64,000 nucleotides of DNA, taken from Ginglymostoma cirratum. Its lineage: Eukaryota. Below the pieces are notes generated by a model. It did not search any database. It was not told the DNA's origin and saw nothing but the letters and a program-made list of their open reading frames with translations. The stretch spans positions 70,042,853 through 70,106,852 of the forward strand of contig JAHRHZ010000012.1 of NCBI GenBank assembly GCA_024137785.1, written 5' to 3'. Below, one piece after another: positions 38,291 through 50,456 of the stretch (positions within the stretch are counted from its first letter, which is position 1; every line of letters starts with the position of its first letter). Both the position numbers and the translations under genes were made by a program.

Positions 38291-39787
38291 TATATCTGCA
38301 ATTATCAGGCCCTGCCCATTACAATATTATGAAAGTCAAGTTACAGAACATTAATATTACTTTGTTTTAAATAGTAAAATATTCGCATGATGATTTGAAG
38401 TTGAACTTCTCATTTTAATTATCATGAGACACACATTAGCTAACTCAGCTTTTGATAAACATTTGTTGTCCTTACATTTTACCTTTAGTTACAGTCATAC
38501 TTAGTGCACACATGCAATAGCCTTACTACTTGTGATCCTAAACATACACCCGTATAACGATTTTAAAAAGTTTAATTTTCAGATATTCACTAAGAATACG
38601 GTTCAACTGAAAGGTTAGAGACTAAAATGATACATCTAGCTTTAAATTTTCTTGAATAAAGTTGAGGAAATATGTAATTTATACTACAAAAGAAAGAACA
38701 AAATAAAGAGGAAAAATGTTCACTGACATTCTTCAAACCTTTTCAAACCCATCAACCATTTTTATAGCAAATAATTTCCAAGAATTACTTGCACCTTTTT
38801 CCTGAATCTTGTGAACATAAAAACAATCACCCTTACAAGAATGGTTATATAGGTACCTTTTCACTTGTAAATTGCAACACAATAATGCACAATAAGAAAA
38901 TCCAATGTTACACTTTTGCTCATTAATGAATAATTTAAGATGATCTGTGCCAAGCACAAAGAGAATAAAAATCGAAGGCTGTCACGCCACCACAAATGGC
39001 TTATTGACCTCAAGCCAATTCTCATCTCCATTTTTTTTAAGCAGACACATGACAAATGCATTCCTTCATGTCACTCAAATAAAACAGCATACTAATGTAT
39101 TCCAGTGTTCCGTTAATTAATTGTTTAATAAATGAGGAGCCGGAGCCAAAATTGTTAAGAGTGTAACAGCACATCAAATACCGTCTTATCAACACTGTGG
39201 TTTGATAAAGCATATTACAAACAGTAAGACGAAAAGACAATTGTCAAGTACAAGAACTTACAAGTGCTTTCAAGGTTTGAGTTTGAGAAGAAAAATTAAA
39301 CTGTGGTTTACATCATTTCTCAATTTAATAATCTGTGGGAACGCAAAAGATATAGAATAGCTTGTCAAACCAAACTTAAAATTGGTGCAAGTGCCGCTGC
39401 CAAAATTAGCACTCCCAAAAGCACATAAAATATTATTTCATTCCTTGAAATTTAATTTGTTCCAGCTAGTCTCCATAGCAACATAGACTCAATCATTGAA
39501 TCACTGAGTAATTGGAAATCTTGTCTTTCCTATCATTCCAAAATTCAAATGATGTGTTTCATGTGCTGGCATGATCAAATGTACAGGTCTCTGATGTAAC
39601 ATTCATTTAAGAATCCATATTCATTCCCTCTTCACTGAACCCTTAACATGAAGAAAGTCAAAACTTGGTATTTAAGTCTATTGGCAGACAATAATTTTAT
39701 TCATGCCTGTGTTATCTTCAGATTCAACCATTTCATTGGTCTGCAAACAGCCTCCCTTCTTCCACCCTCCATAAACTTACATTCATG

Positions 39788-39872
39788 AAGGGTTTGGGCC
39801 CGAAACGTCAAGTTTTCCTGCTCCTATGATGCTGCTTGACCTGCTGTGTTCATCCAGCCCCATGCTTGTTAT
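39788..39872 (+). mobile_element. Young truncated Penelope-derived insertion with a 12-bp flanking direct repeat
   Basis: cttacattcatg at 39776-39787 and 39873-39884. The body differs by 1 nt from 54059-54143. Confidence 0.8.
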
Positions 39873-42800
39873 CTTACATTCATGCAAAGCTCTGTTGGTT
39901 TATACTAAACTAACAGAATTTATGGCAAGATATCTACCTCACTTACTGACTTCCATTTGCTCCTAATCCAGCAGTACCTCTATTTTAATATCCTCATCTC
40001 CATATTTAATGCTTCAGTGGTCTCAATCTTTCCCAATTCTGCAATTTGATCCAGCCGTCTAACTCAGAAAACTCAGAGCTTTTGTGTATCCTCCACTTCT
40101 TTTGGTATGTCTATAGTATTCCACTAGTGACATTTCAAAATGTTGACCAAGTTGTCCATCAACTTTGTTGGTTCAATGTCATTGTTTTATTTGTCGGATT
40201 ACACTCTTGTGTAATTACACATTGGGATACCCTACAATGTTAAAAACTGCTAAATAAATGTAAGTTGTTGTAGCCCAACAAACCGAAAGGATACAATATT
40301 TTAGTTAGGTCTTTAAGCAAAACTAATCCAGGCATAAATTTTTAATAGGGTCATTTATTGATCAATGGCTTACAAAATGCACAACTCAGATAAAAGGAAA
40401 CAAGATTTTACTGCACCCTAAATATTTTATTTTTCAGATCTCAGTTTTAGTCAAACTTACAAATAAATTTGCAAGACTCAGAGAGATTTCTCACTATCAA
40501 AATTGTTCTCTCAAGGTAAACAAAACACTAAGCAAGTCAGAAACTGCCACAAATTGGCCACAAAGTCGCAAATTCATCTATAAATGGAGCAAAATGTGCT
40601 AACAGTTAGTGTTTTGTTTATAAATCTGAAGAGTCTTTTTTTAAGAAACATGCAATGAAGCATTTTTCATCTTCCGAATTTCCTTTGCTACAAAATAGTC
40701 TTTAGTAGCTGCTGCTCAATTTAATGTAAATATTCTTATTGCACAGCTGCAACTGTCAATATTGTTGAATCATAGCCAACTGACAGAAACTTAGCTGTCA
40801 TCGAGATGCTGGGAGACTCCTTCTCACATCTTTAGTATGTCATGACTCTCCTCGGCATAAATGCCTCACACCGTTATCAGTACTTGTAGCCTCTTTTCAA
40901 CACATCCCAATATATTTAACTTATTCGGCTTAGTCACAATGCAATAGCGTTGAAATGAACATTGTGACCTGGAATTACATGAATGCAAATAGCTTGGCAC
41001 TCCACCCAAATTATGTTGAGATGCCTTCCATTTGATGTTGGTCAGCAGGTTCTCTGGGTGCGCATTTGTAAAAATAGGTCTGCTTGCCATTAAAGTTATT
41101 CAGATTTTCAACTGAAGTGTTTTAGGAAAGAAAGCCAAGCCTGTTCTACTCATACAGTAGTCGCCTATTCAGAACCTATGCAGTTGGGGCATAAGATCTA
41201 CGAGTCTATTAGGAGTTTCAAATTAGATGACAAGAAGTAAATGCAAATGGTTGAGCAAAACAAATACTAGTTTAACCCAAAGAAGAATTAATTAATTAGT
41301 TACAAACAGTATATCTGAAAATAAAACTACTTTTTCTTTAAGACTAGACATCCAAACTTAATTCTACGTCCCTGCCTTTTCTGGTTCATAGCATTATACA
41401 GCCAAGCTACAACACAGCATCTAATGAAGCCAAGCTCCATGCAATCCTCTATCCTCCAAACTCATACAGCCAGCTCTTCTATAATTAAAAGGAACTTTTC
41501 ATAATTCATCCAAAGACAGCAATTGGATCTCAAAGTCAATTTCTCCAGCCATCGCCACTGCTTTCCAAAAGCCTTTCACTTCTAATGCAAAATCCATACT
41601 CCCATTGCCCTTGCAAAATGCTAAACAAGCAGTATTGGCAATTCACTTGAGTGCTGTAATATATTTACTGCAAATCCCCATGGCAAGACTCCTAATATAG
41701 TTTTTATTGTGTCTGCACTTGTCAATACAGTGACTGGTCACTGTCTGGATAATCTGCCAAGAGCAACTGTTTACCCAAGACAGCAATAGGATACACAAGC
41801 AGTGTAAACCTTTAACTGTCAAGGTTCCCTGGCTCTTGTCAATGGCCTTTAATTAACACTTCACTTTATAAACTTTAGACCTCATCAGTAATTCCTAACA
41901 AAAAAAGATGTAGGGAGAGAAGTGCCAGACATTCCATGCAGTTATCAGGTTTTGATTTGTTTATGTAAATAAAGTAAACATTGTTTAAATTAATTTCAGC
42001 CAACAATTAGTTTCAACTTATTGTTTAGAATTGTGCCATGAAATCATATGATATAAAACGCTGGACATTAAAAAAAACCCTCAAACTAATTTTCAAAATA
42101 GTTAGGTATGTAACCTACTTAAGTAGTTAAATGATAAACATATGTTTGGAACGTTCTTCAAAAAAACCTTCAATGTCAAGCTCCCCAGTTTGTTCTATTC
42201 TTTCAGTAACAGTTCACAAAATGGAAAACAAAACTGTCATCATGATAAGACTATTTTATCCCAATCTGATAATAACCAAATTTTAGAATTCAAACGTTAT
42301 TAAAAGGAGTCTGAAAATGCAGAGGCAGTGTCCCTACCTCTAGGCCAGAAGATCTAGATTCAAGTAATGCCTGCCTGTGTGCTTCATAACACATCTAAAA
42401 CAAGTTGATTAAAAATATCTTCAAATCCCTATTCAGATGCCAATATTGACAGCAACTTTACACTTAGAGTTGGCCAAAGGCTGAAATCCAACTTAACATC
42501 TTTCCCATTCAGGAAATTACAGTAATATAAACTCAGTCGCTTACAAAATAAATTTTCTGCATTCTTAATAATAATTCAGTATAAATAAACAATTAATTAG
42601 CAAGAGGTTCAGCTTTGTTACAACAAAATAACACCCGACAGAGATAAGATACTATCAACGATTCACCAAATGCAAGACTCAACTTGAAGACAATGTCAGA
42701 AAAACTAATGACACAAGTCACCTACAGCACCCTCAAGCAATTCATTTGAATCTAATGAGAAAAGGGAGATTAAAATTTCCAGCATCAGCACTCGCAATTA

Positions 42801-45800
42801 CTCAGCCACTTTGAAGAACCCAAGGGAACCCTATCAAGGGCCATAGAAATGAAAATCTAATAAAGTGTACAGACCCAAAGATACAAGAGATATGACCTAT
42901 GCTGTAATTAAATGGGCCTTACAAATACCTCCGCACAAATTGAAACATCAGCATGAGGCTAACAAATTAAAGAAATGGTAAAACTTCATTACGACAACAG
43001 TTGCAATAGGTCAACAGATTTTGTTCTAACTACAATGTAGTTTGCAAAGAAACCGATACATCTTTGAGCAACGTGAAGAACAGGGCCTTCCCTTATAACA
43101 AGTATTTTATTTAAATAAGGCTGAAAATACATGCAGTACTCAACTTCAAATAAGTTCATTTGCATAACCATACATTTCAGTTCACTGAAGTGTTGCAAAG
43201 CTACTTGAACCACTGGTCATCATTATGGCGCACACTACTTGTAGGGAAGTCTCACCATTTTCCTGTCAACAGCTAACAACCCCCTGGTGCAATAATCTAT
43301 GTCCATGGCCTTCATACCATGATTGCAAGCAGCCTTGAAGTGGAGCTGTGGGTGTCCTACTTAAGTTGCCTGGTCCCATTTACCTCAACATAATTGCTCA
43401 ACGACTGCTGTGTCTTCCATCCTGTTAAGGTGGCCAATCCATTAAACCAACTTTTGATGAGTGCTAACAAACATGGGAGTTCTGCCAGAGTCCTGATTTT
43501 GTCCTGCCAGGATATAAACATCATATGCTACAGAAGGCAAAAGGTCAACAGTTGTGTTAGTTGTATAACTTCACTCCACAGGTGGAGTGTATCTCCAGTT
43601 TGTTCTCTTTTTATTACAATTCCTTTCTCCAATTTCAAGGATTCCTTTATTTGCAGCTGAATGGAAACACTGCATATCCAGCATTGCGCATCACAAAATA
43701 CTTTACTATCTATCACTTAATCCAACCAAACATTGTATACTTATAATGTGAAGCAACAAAACTGTCCACTTTTACATAAACACTTAGTGTTACTCTCCAG
43801 GAAAGGCAAAATGAAAGGTGAATTACACTAAATGGCCAGGCTAAGAATATTATTATCCATCTCAGATCAAGGATAAGTCAAAGAACTTATGTCAGATCAA
43901 ATTACTTGAGGGGGAATAAAATCTGTCACTGGGAATACAGGTATCAGGGGAAAGAAGAGGGAAAGAGGGAATGGAAAGGAACAACTAAATTTCAGAATGT
44001 TTAGTTTCAATTTATTTAACAACAGCAAATCTTCTTTGTCTATTTTCCATCAAAAGTATAACCATACGTCTCAATAATACCTACATCAGACATTGAAAAT
44101 TGCATTCCTGCTGAATTATCCTGGAAAAGACCAATCAGCCAATTAGCAATGCCAATGGCAGCAAAACTCATGTATATATTCTAAGTTTCTCCTAGCCTGA
44201 CTTTTAATTAGATTAATAAAATATTATATCTGTTAGAACATAATCTATATATTATCTGAAATTTCCGAAGAACAAAACAAAGATTCCATGTGAAATCTAA
44301 ATAATTTAAATGTTTAGTACTAAGGTCAACAAATCAGGACAAAAATAAAGTTAACATTAAAAACTAGAGTATACTCTCAACATTCAAATTTATATTTGGA
44401 TTAATAGATCAATGTTAATCTGAAGTTTATAAAGGGTGGCCAAGGGTAACTGCAGAAGCCTAGTTACTGATTTCAATAGCTAAAATATTCCTATTTTGGG
44501 TGAAAAGGAATCTTGTGAACATGAAATATGAAAAACAAAATTCTTCCTGGCAAATCAATGTTTTACCACCACCAGTTAAACTGTGCAATCACAACACTCC
44601 ACATTTAATTATCTGCCTGTACATTATAACAGGAAATCATTAAACTCTGGAACCTTAAGCAGGTCGATGTCAAGAGCTGAAACATTAACAACTTTAGTTT
44701 AAAGCTTTTCCCAAATTTATCAGCGCACTGTTGACCTGTAAAAAAAGCCACATCTTCTATTTACACATTACTACTATGTCAAAAAAGAAAACAAAATTGA
44801 GACGTTCATAAAATGAATTAAGTAACATTGAAACGAAGACAGTTCAAACAATGAATATTCCTCACCAGTCAAAATACAGACTTTTTTCAAGCCAATACAA
44901 ACATGAAAAGAACCTTTTAATCAATTAAAACCAACAACTGTAATCCATATCCATTCATTTTCTTAAAACAAATGCTTCTAAATATGCTAAAATTTCTATT
45001 TAAACAAAAATACTGGGACAGTTTTTTTTCACGTTTTCAGCATTACACCATGAACAAAAAGCACTTATGTCTGAATAAAAACCATTTGCTCACAACTGTA
45101 CAACCCTGCAGGTGGTATCCTCAAAGACCAAGACAAACTTCAAGATGGAAATCTTCTTACAACGATCTTCTTACAACAATCACTTGCCATCTAGAGTATA
45201 AACTATAAAAAGATAAGCCTGCTAGGAGCCTCACTAATGCCCAGTCGTCCCCCAGAGAGAATTCTTGTCAAACGTAACCAGGCTGCATAAGCCTTTCTCC
45301 AGCATAATGAGCACTTAGGCCGCACTGGTGATCAGGCAGCAAAATGCATCAGTTTCAGCCAAGTTATTCCCCTGGGCGCAAACGTCATCTGTTTTGAAGA
45401 ATTATCATGCGATATAGAAACAATAAAAGTCTGAAATTTGTAGTATAAAAATACAGTATACTTGAAAACATATCTGCAAATTCAAATCTCTAGATGGAAA
45501 CAAATCAGCACTGAGAAAGAATCCATCAGTATTCTGCAAAAAAAAAGTTTAATTTAAAAATCCTTCACTGCTGTACATAATAACATCGCTGCATCTGACA
45601 ACCATGAAGATTATTATGCGGGCAACTCTGGATTTCCCTTTAAATGCAACACTCCCAATGACAGAAGCACCCTAAATCACCAGGCAAATACTGTATTTAA
45701 ATTAATACATCAAACCATCATTTCTCAGCTTTGGTTAAATTTTACAGCATTATATCAATTGAAGCAGAAGCCATGTTGAAACACACTCCCATTTTTTGGG

Positions 45801-46662
45801 CAAGCATGCATCAGCTGAGAGATAATTTAATAATGACCTTTTAAGAAGTAAATCAATGTCTTAAGGACTTACTATCAATCGTATCTTAAGGATTAGGAAT
45901 CACAGTCACCACTTCTCTTGGGTAGCCTGTATCCCACAATTAATGCTTTCTTGGCAAACAACCAGAGTCAAAGCACCATTTAATACATCAATCACTTGAG
46001 ATTTGCTTTGCGCACATTGTCCACCTTCCTTGTGCTTTGTTTGTTATTTTAATATTCTCAAAAATAGCCTTGCCTCATTTCAGTTCATCAATTGAGTATC
46101 TACGCCTCATGTACAGGAGCAGCTTCAGTTATCACAAATATACAATACAATAACTTATGACCATTGCTTTAACCTCAAAGAGCTTTTATTTCCCGCATCC
46201 CTGTAAACTCCACATGGACAGCCATGCAGCAGCATCAGTTCACCTTAAATTAGATCTTTTTGTATATATAAGAGCATTACTTACACTACACCATGTTCTG
46301 TGGACATTACATAAAACCTTCTAGAATAATAAATTCTGTTTATCAAGCCATGATGATCATGCCAACTTGCCAGCCATACAATAAAATTTGGATTTTAACA
46401 TTACGTTGCAAATTTATGTTTTCCTGTAACCCTGATCCACTGTACAACATTAAAAAGTGAACTTTGAAATGAAATACTTGCTAATAAGAAAATGCAGCAG
46501 CTCTAACCAACATGTGAAAGAAAAGGTAAACATTCTAAGTTCTAATGATGACTTGATCCAAAGTGGTTAAGGTTCTTTTCTTCCTTCATATGTTGATGGA
46601 AAATGTTTCGCTACTTCTACTTTACCATGTCCAAAAAAAAGTTTCTATAAAAATGAGCTTAC

Positions 46663-46707
46663 CTGTTTGTGCATCTCGATATTCAATCCATAAGACATTT
46701 CATAATA
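46663..46707 (-). CDS. TLE1: TLE1 exon 4 (45 nt): YYEMSYGLNIEMHKQ
   Basis: cctttacag|TAT TAT GAA ATG...AAA CAG|gtaagc. This is a highly conserved Groucho Q-domain motif. Confidence 0.96.
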
Positions 46708-46866
46708 CTGTAAAGGAAAAAATATTATGGTAAACCAAGTGATAATGATGTTTTGACGAAACTGAAGTGCGAGTTTTCAGTAGTTTACTCCCCAGTTCAG
46801 ATTGGGAAACATGACAAACTAATAGCACGTTACTTCTAATTTTACAAAATAATTGTTTAAACTCAC

Positions 46867-46930
46867 CATAACATAGTGTCGCTGCATTTCTGTCTTTTCA
46901 CTTGCCAATTTCTCACATTCCAATTTTAGA
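46867..46930 (-). CDS. TLE1: TLE1 exon 3 (64 nt): (S)[21 protein letters not shown]
   Basis: ttttatag|T CTA AAA TTG GAA TGT...GTT ATG|gtgagt. Phase matches exon 2. Confidence 0.96.
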
Positions 46931-47544
46931 CTATAAAACACAAAATTTTTTAAAAATCTTTCGCAAGATGCAATTGTCGTCACAAGGTCCAGTGCTTGTT
47001 ACCGATCCCTAACAACACCGAGAATGTCAACATAAGGAACTTCTTGAAGCAACAAGAAAGCATCTTAAAAAGGGTACCTACTTAACAGACTGCAGTAATG
47101 GCAAAAGCAGAAGTACTGGATAAATCAAAAGGAGAACTCAACCCCTTATAATGGACCGGATATTAAAATTCAACCGTAAACTTCAAGATACATAAAGCAA
47201 ATAAACTCAATTGTTCTAAATGGCTTAGGTATTAACTTAAACCGAGTTACATGCAATTGAAATCAACTAGTGTAATTTACGATTTTCAACGATGTAATTC
47301 ATAAGTGTCAAAAAAACAGTTCAGAGGGTTTAGACCACTCAGGCTCCTGGTTTCCTCAATGTGTGGTTTGTTGCAACCTTCTGAAAGGAAACAAAATCTG
47401 GCCGCAGCGAGAGCGCCGCTCTCTGGTGAGGGAAAGTAACCATTGGCTACCTACCGCAGACAAACCAAATAACACTGGAGCCTGTACTAACCAGCAGCAA
47501 ATAAACATACTTTTCCCCGGCAGAGAATGGGAGACTTCTTTCAC

Positions 47545-47645
47545 CTGTGATACTGAGCCTGTAAAAACTGGAACTCTTCTTTAATACGGTCCAACGATTC
47601 GGGGATGGTAAATTTGAAAGGCTGGGCTGCAGCCTGGTGCGGCGT
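47545..47645 (-). CDS. TLE1: TLE1 exon 2 (101 nt): [33 protein letters not shown](S), Q domain
   Basis: ttttctcag|ACG CCG CAC CAG...TAT CAC AG|gtgaaa. The peptide is near-identical to the vertebrate TLE1 Q domain. Confidence 0.96.
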
Positions 47646-48117
47646 CTGAGAAAACAGTAGGTAAGGAAACAAGAATTACAAGTACACAGAGACAAGAGAC
47701 CGCGAACGATTCACCTCGCAGCCGAGGCAGATTTATACCAGAAACTTTCCGACAGAAGAAAGGGACGAACACAAACACATGACACTGAAAGAGGGCAAGG
47801 TCCTCTGACAGAATTAAACACTGGACCTTTTGTGGGTCGACGTAAGCTCAGTAGAATCAGTGATCTTCCTGCCTAACTTTCAGGGGGACAGTTATTGAGA
47901 TGACATTGGTTCAAAACACAGTAATGAACAGATGTGCACACAGGTTATTTGGGAACCGGCTAGAAGTAGCTTTCCGCTTATAAAATACATCACACGACAC
48001 GTTGCTGGTAGTGCAACTATACATCAGTCCGCTGAGGTGTTTTCCTTTCCTTGAATAAAGATCACACAATGAAGTAACAAAGCAGTTGGCCAGGAGAGCT
48101 GCTTTCTCTTTACTTAC

Positions 48118-48141
48118 AGGATGCCTGCTCTGAGGAAACAT
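48118..48141 (-). CDS. TLE1: TLE1 (Groucho/Grg1) coding exon 1: MFPQSRHP
   Basis: Minus strand reads gcaATG TTT CCT CAG AGC AGG CAT CCT|gtaagt. MFPQSRHP is the TLE1 N-terminus, with a consensus donor and G at -3. Confidence 0.95.
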
Positions 48142-48559
48142 TGCTTGGGTCCGCCAGAAGCTCAGCTCCGTTGCTCAAACAATCGCTCGATCTTCTTTAA
48201 GAAACGCACATTAATAAGAATCCCCTCTAAAAGAAAAATAAAGTGTTTACTGCAAGCGCATCCTGGGTTTGGATCCCCAAAAAGGTGGTGTTTTAAGACA
48301 GACTTTAAAGCCCTCAGGGAGGCTGGCAGATTCCGCTGTCCCGATTCAACTCCTGTCGATCTTTAGGACAACAAAACCTTTCGGAAAACAGCAATTGCCA
48401 CTTCTGTAACAAGACCAAATTCCTAAGCCGCCCCAGGAAATCTTCTCGGCTTCTCTTTTTTTCGATTGCAGTATATCCAACAGAATAAGTATAAAAGGTA
48501 TACCGTGCGAAGTTTAAGCGGGTATAATTGCTACAGTGGAAAACAATGTAGCAGTTTCC

Positions 48560-49080
48560 CCCACACAGACTGGTTACATTAACACGCGGTTTCTTCGCTT
48601 CCCCCCACCCCCCCCGAGAGATCGTTCACCAAATTTAGACACGCGCAGTCTGAGGCTACGTTCCGTCCCACTCTACGCCAATCAGGATCCGGAAAGCCGC
48701 CTCTGTCACACGTGGGGTTGTGTCGTCATCACGGTGTGTTGCCCAATGGAAGGTGGCGACCGCGGAAGGCCAGCTGTCAGTCAAGCTGAGCGGAGACAGA
48801 GCCCAGCAATCGCGAGGCGGCCTGCCGTTGGGCTCTTTTTCCATTGGATACTATTGTACATCAATCACGCTGACGGCTTAGGCCTCAGACCAATTAAGGA
48901 CAGCATTGTGTCCGTTTGTCTCTTTCTGATTGGTCTAATTCTTTCACCCCGCCTTCACGTTGCCCCCACCACCCGAGCGGGCTGAGCTGAAACGGTTCGA
49001 ATCAAACGAGTGGCCGTCCGTCAGTCAGTCAGAGAGAGACAATAGGGCGGTGGCGGGCTCAGCTGTCACTCAAAGTAACG
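48560..49080 (-). promoter_or_regulatory. TLE1 promoter, within a CpG-rich island spanning about 47.4-49.1 kb
   Basis: CpG- and GC-rich against a CpG-poor background. CCAAT/ATTGG boxes at 48678, 48743, 48843, 48890 and 48929; CACGTG at 48709; GC boxes near 48947 and 49045. It lies just upstream of the start codon. The TSS cannot be determined from sequence. Confidence 0.75.
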
Positions 49081-50199
49081 TGGGTTCCAAACACTGACAG
49101 GGGAAAAAACATAGACAGACAAGCCTTTGTCCCACCCACAACTAAAAGACCCAGAGCAGGAATGTTAACTAATTATAACAGTGTAGAAAAGCTTCACATC
49201 TCGGTTTTGTTGGAGTGCATCTTGTCGAGTTGTTATGATTGTCGAAACCAACTTTGAACAAAAGGGTTTCCTTGAAGCTAATGTAGTCATAATTTTAGGT
49301 CTTATTATAGACAAAGCATTGATTAAATAAATTGGGATTTATTTCTTTGGTGCTTATGCCGCCCCTCCACATCGCCCCCCGCTCCCCAATTTTTATCGAG
49401 ATCTACTTCATTTTAAATCCTAGGTTTGGTAAAAGCGTCAACACATCAACAATGTTAGTGCTGAAATGCACATCAAAGCGGCCCACGTATGTTTTCATTT
49501 CGTTTTACTAGAAAATTGCATCCAGATGTTTAACAGGTATTATATCGGCTTTTTCAGACTTGATTACATCGGTTTATTCTGTTTGTTTACAGCTCTCCTA
49601 GCTTGTTAGGTAACACAAAAGAAATATTCACGGTGAATGTTAATTAATTATTTGAAATAGTCATATGTGTTGAGAAACAGATTATATCTATTACAAACCC
49701 CCCGCCCGCCCCCATGACTACAATTTGCTCGGAGTCCTGACTATATTTTTGTTGTTGGGGGAAACCCTCGGGGTGAAATTCTCCAGACAATACCTTCTTT
49801 GCACACAGGCCCTCTGTGAGCTGAAACTGTGGTAAATGTAGACTCCAGACCACACGCGCGATACCTAAAAGACGCCTTCATTTGTTTCAACTGTTTCGTT
49901 ACATGAATCTTAGTACAATACAATATCCTTATTCCACTCCTAAGTAATTCATGGTATCGCTCCTGTCAAGGCGTCATGCCATCAGCGAACCCTTTACCAA
50001 GGTTTAGTAAAAATGCAGGCAATTCCCCGTATTAATAACAAAATAACGTTTAATGTATGCACATAGACATCTTACACAGTAATAGACTATGGAACGATTA
50101 AAAATTAACAATAAATGTGACTGTTTCAATAAATAGTCTCGTACCTCACTGCACACTGGGAATGAGGACTGAATATTTCGAATGAGAACCGAAAGATTT

Positions 50200-50456
50200 A
50201 CGGATGCTAGAAATCAGAAACAAAAACAGAAATTGCTGGAAAAGCTCAGCAGGTCCGAAGAAGGGTCACCGAACCTGAAAAGTTAATTCTGAGTTTTCTC
50301 CACAGATACTATCAGACCATATGAGCTTTTCCAGCAATTTTACTTGGTAGGTCTGGCAGCATCTGTGGAGAAAAATCAGAATTAACGTTTTGGGTCCAGT
50401 GACCCTTCTTCAGAACAGCTGATGTTTTCCAGCAATTTCTGTGTTTATATTTCAGA
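50200..50456. mobile_element. Rearranged palindromic Penelope-derived repeat
   Basis: Inverted segments aaattgctggaaaagctca / tgagcttttccagcaattt, plus gaagaagggtcac / gtgacccttcttc. Confidence 0.7.

Noticed and set aside
24411-48141. Assignment to TLE4, TLE3 or AES/TLE5
   Set aside because: [19 protein letters not shown] and TEIAKRLNTICAQVIPF match TLE1, and the downstream 17-nt exon argues against AES.
48536-48985. 149-aa plus-strand ORF in the promoter
   Set aside because: GTG start, GC-rich CpG-island sequence where stops are rare, and no recognisable domain.
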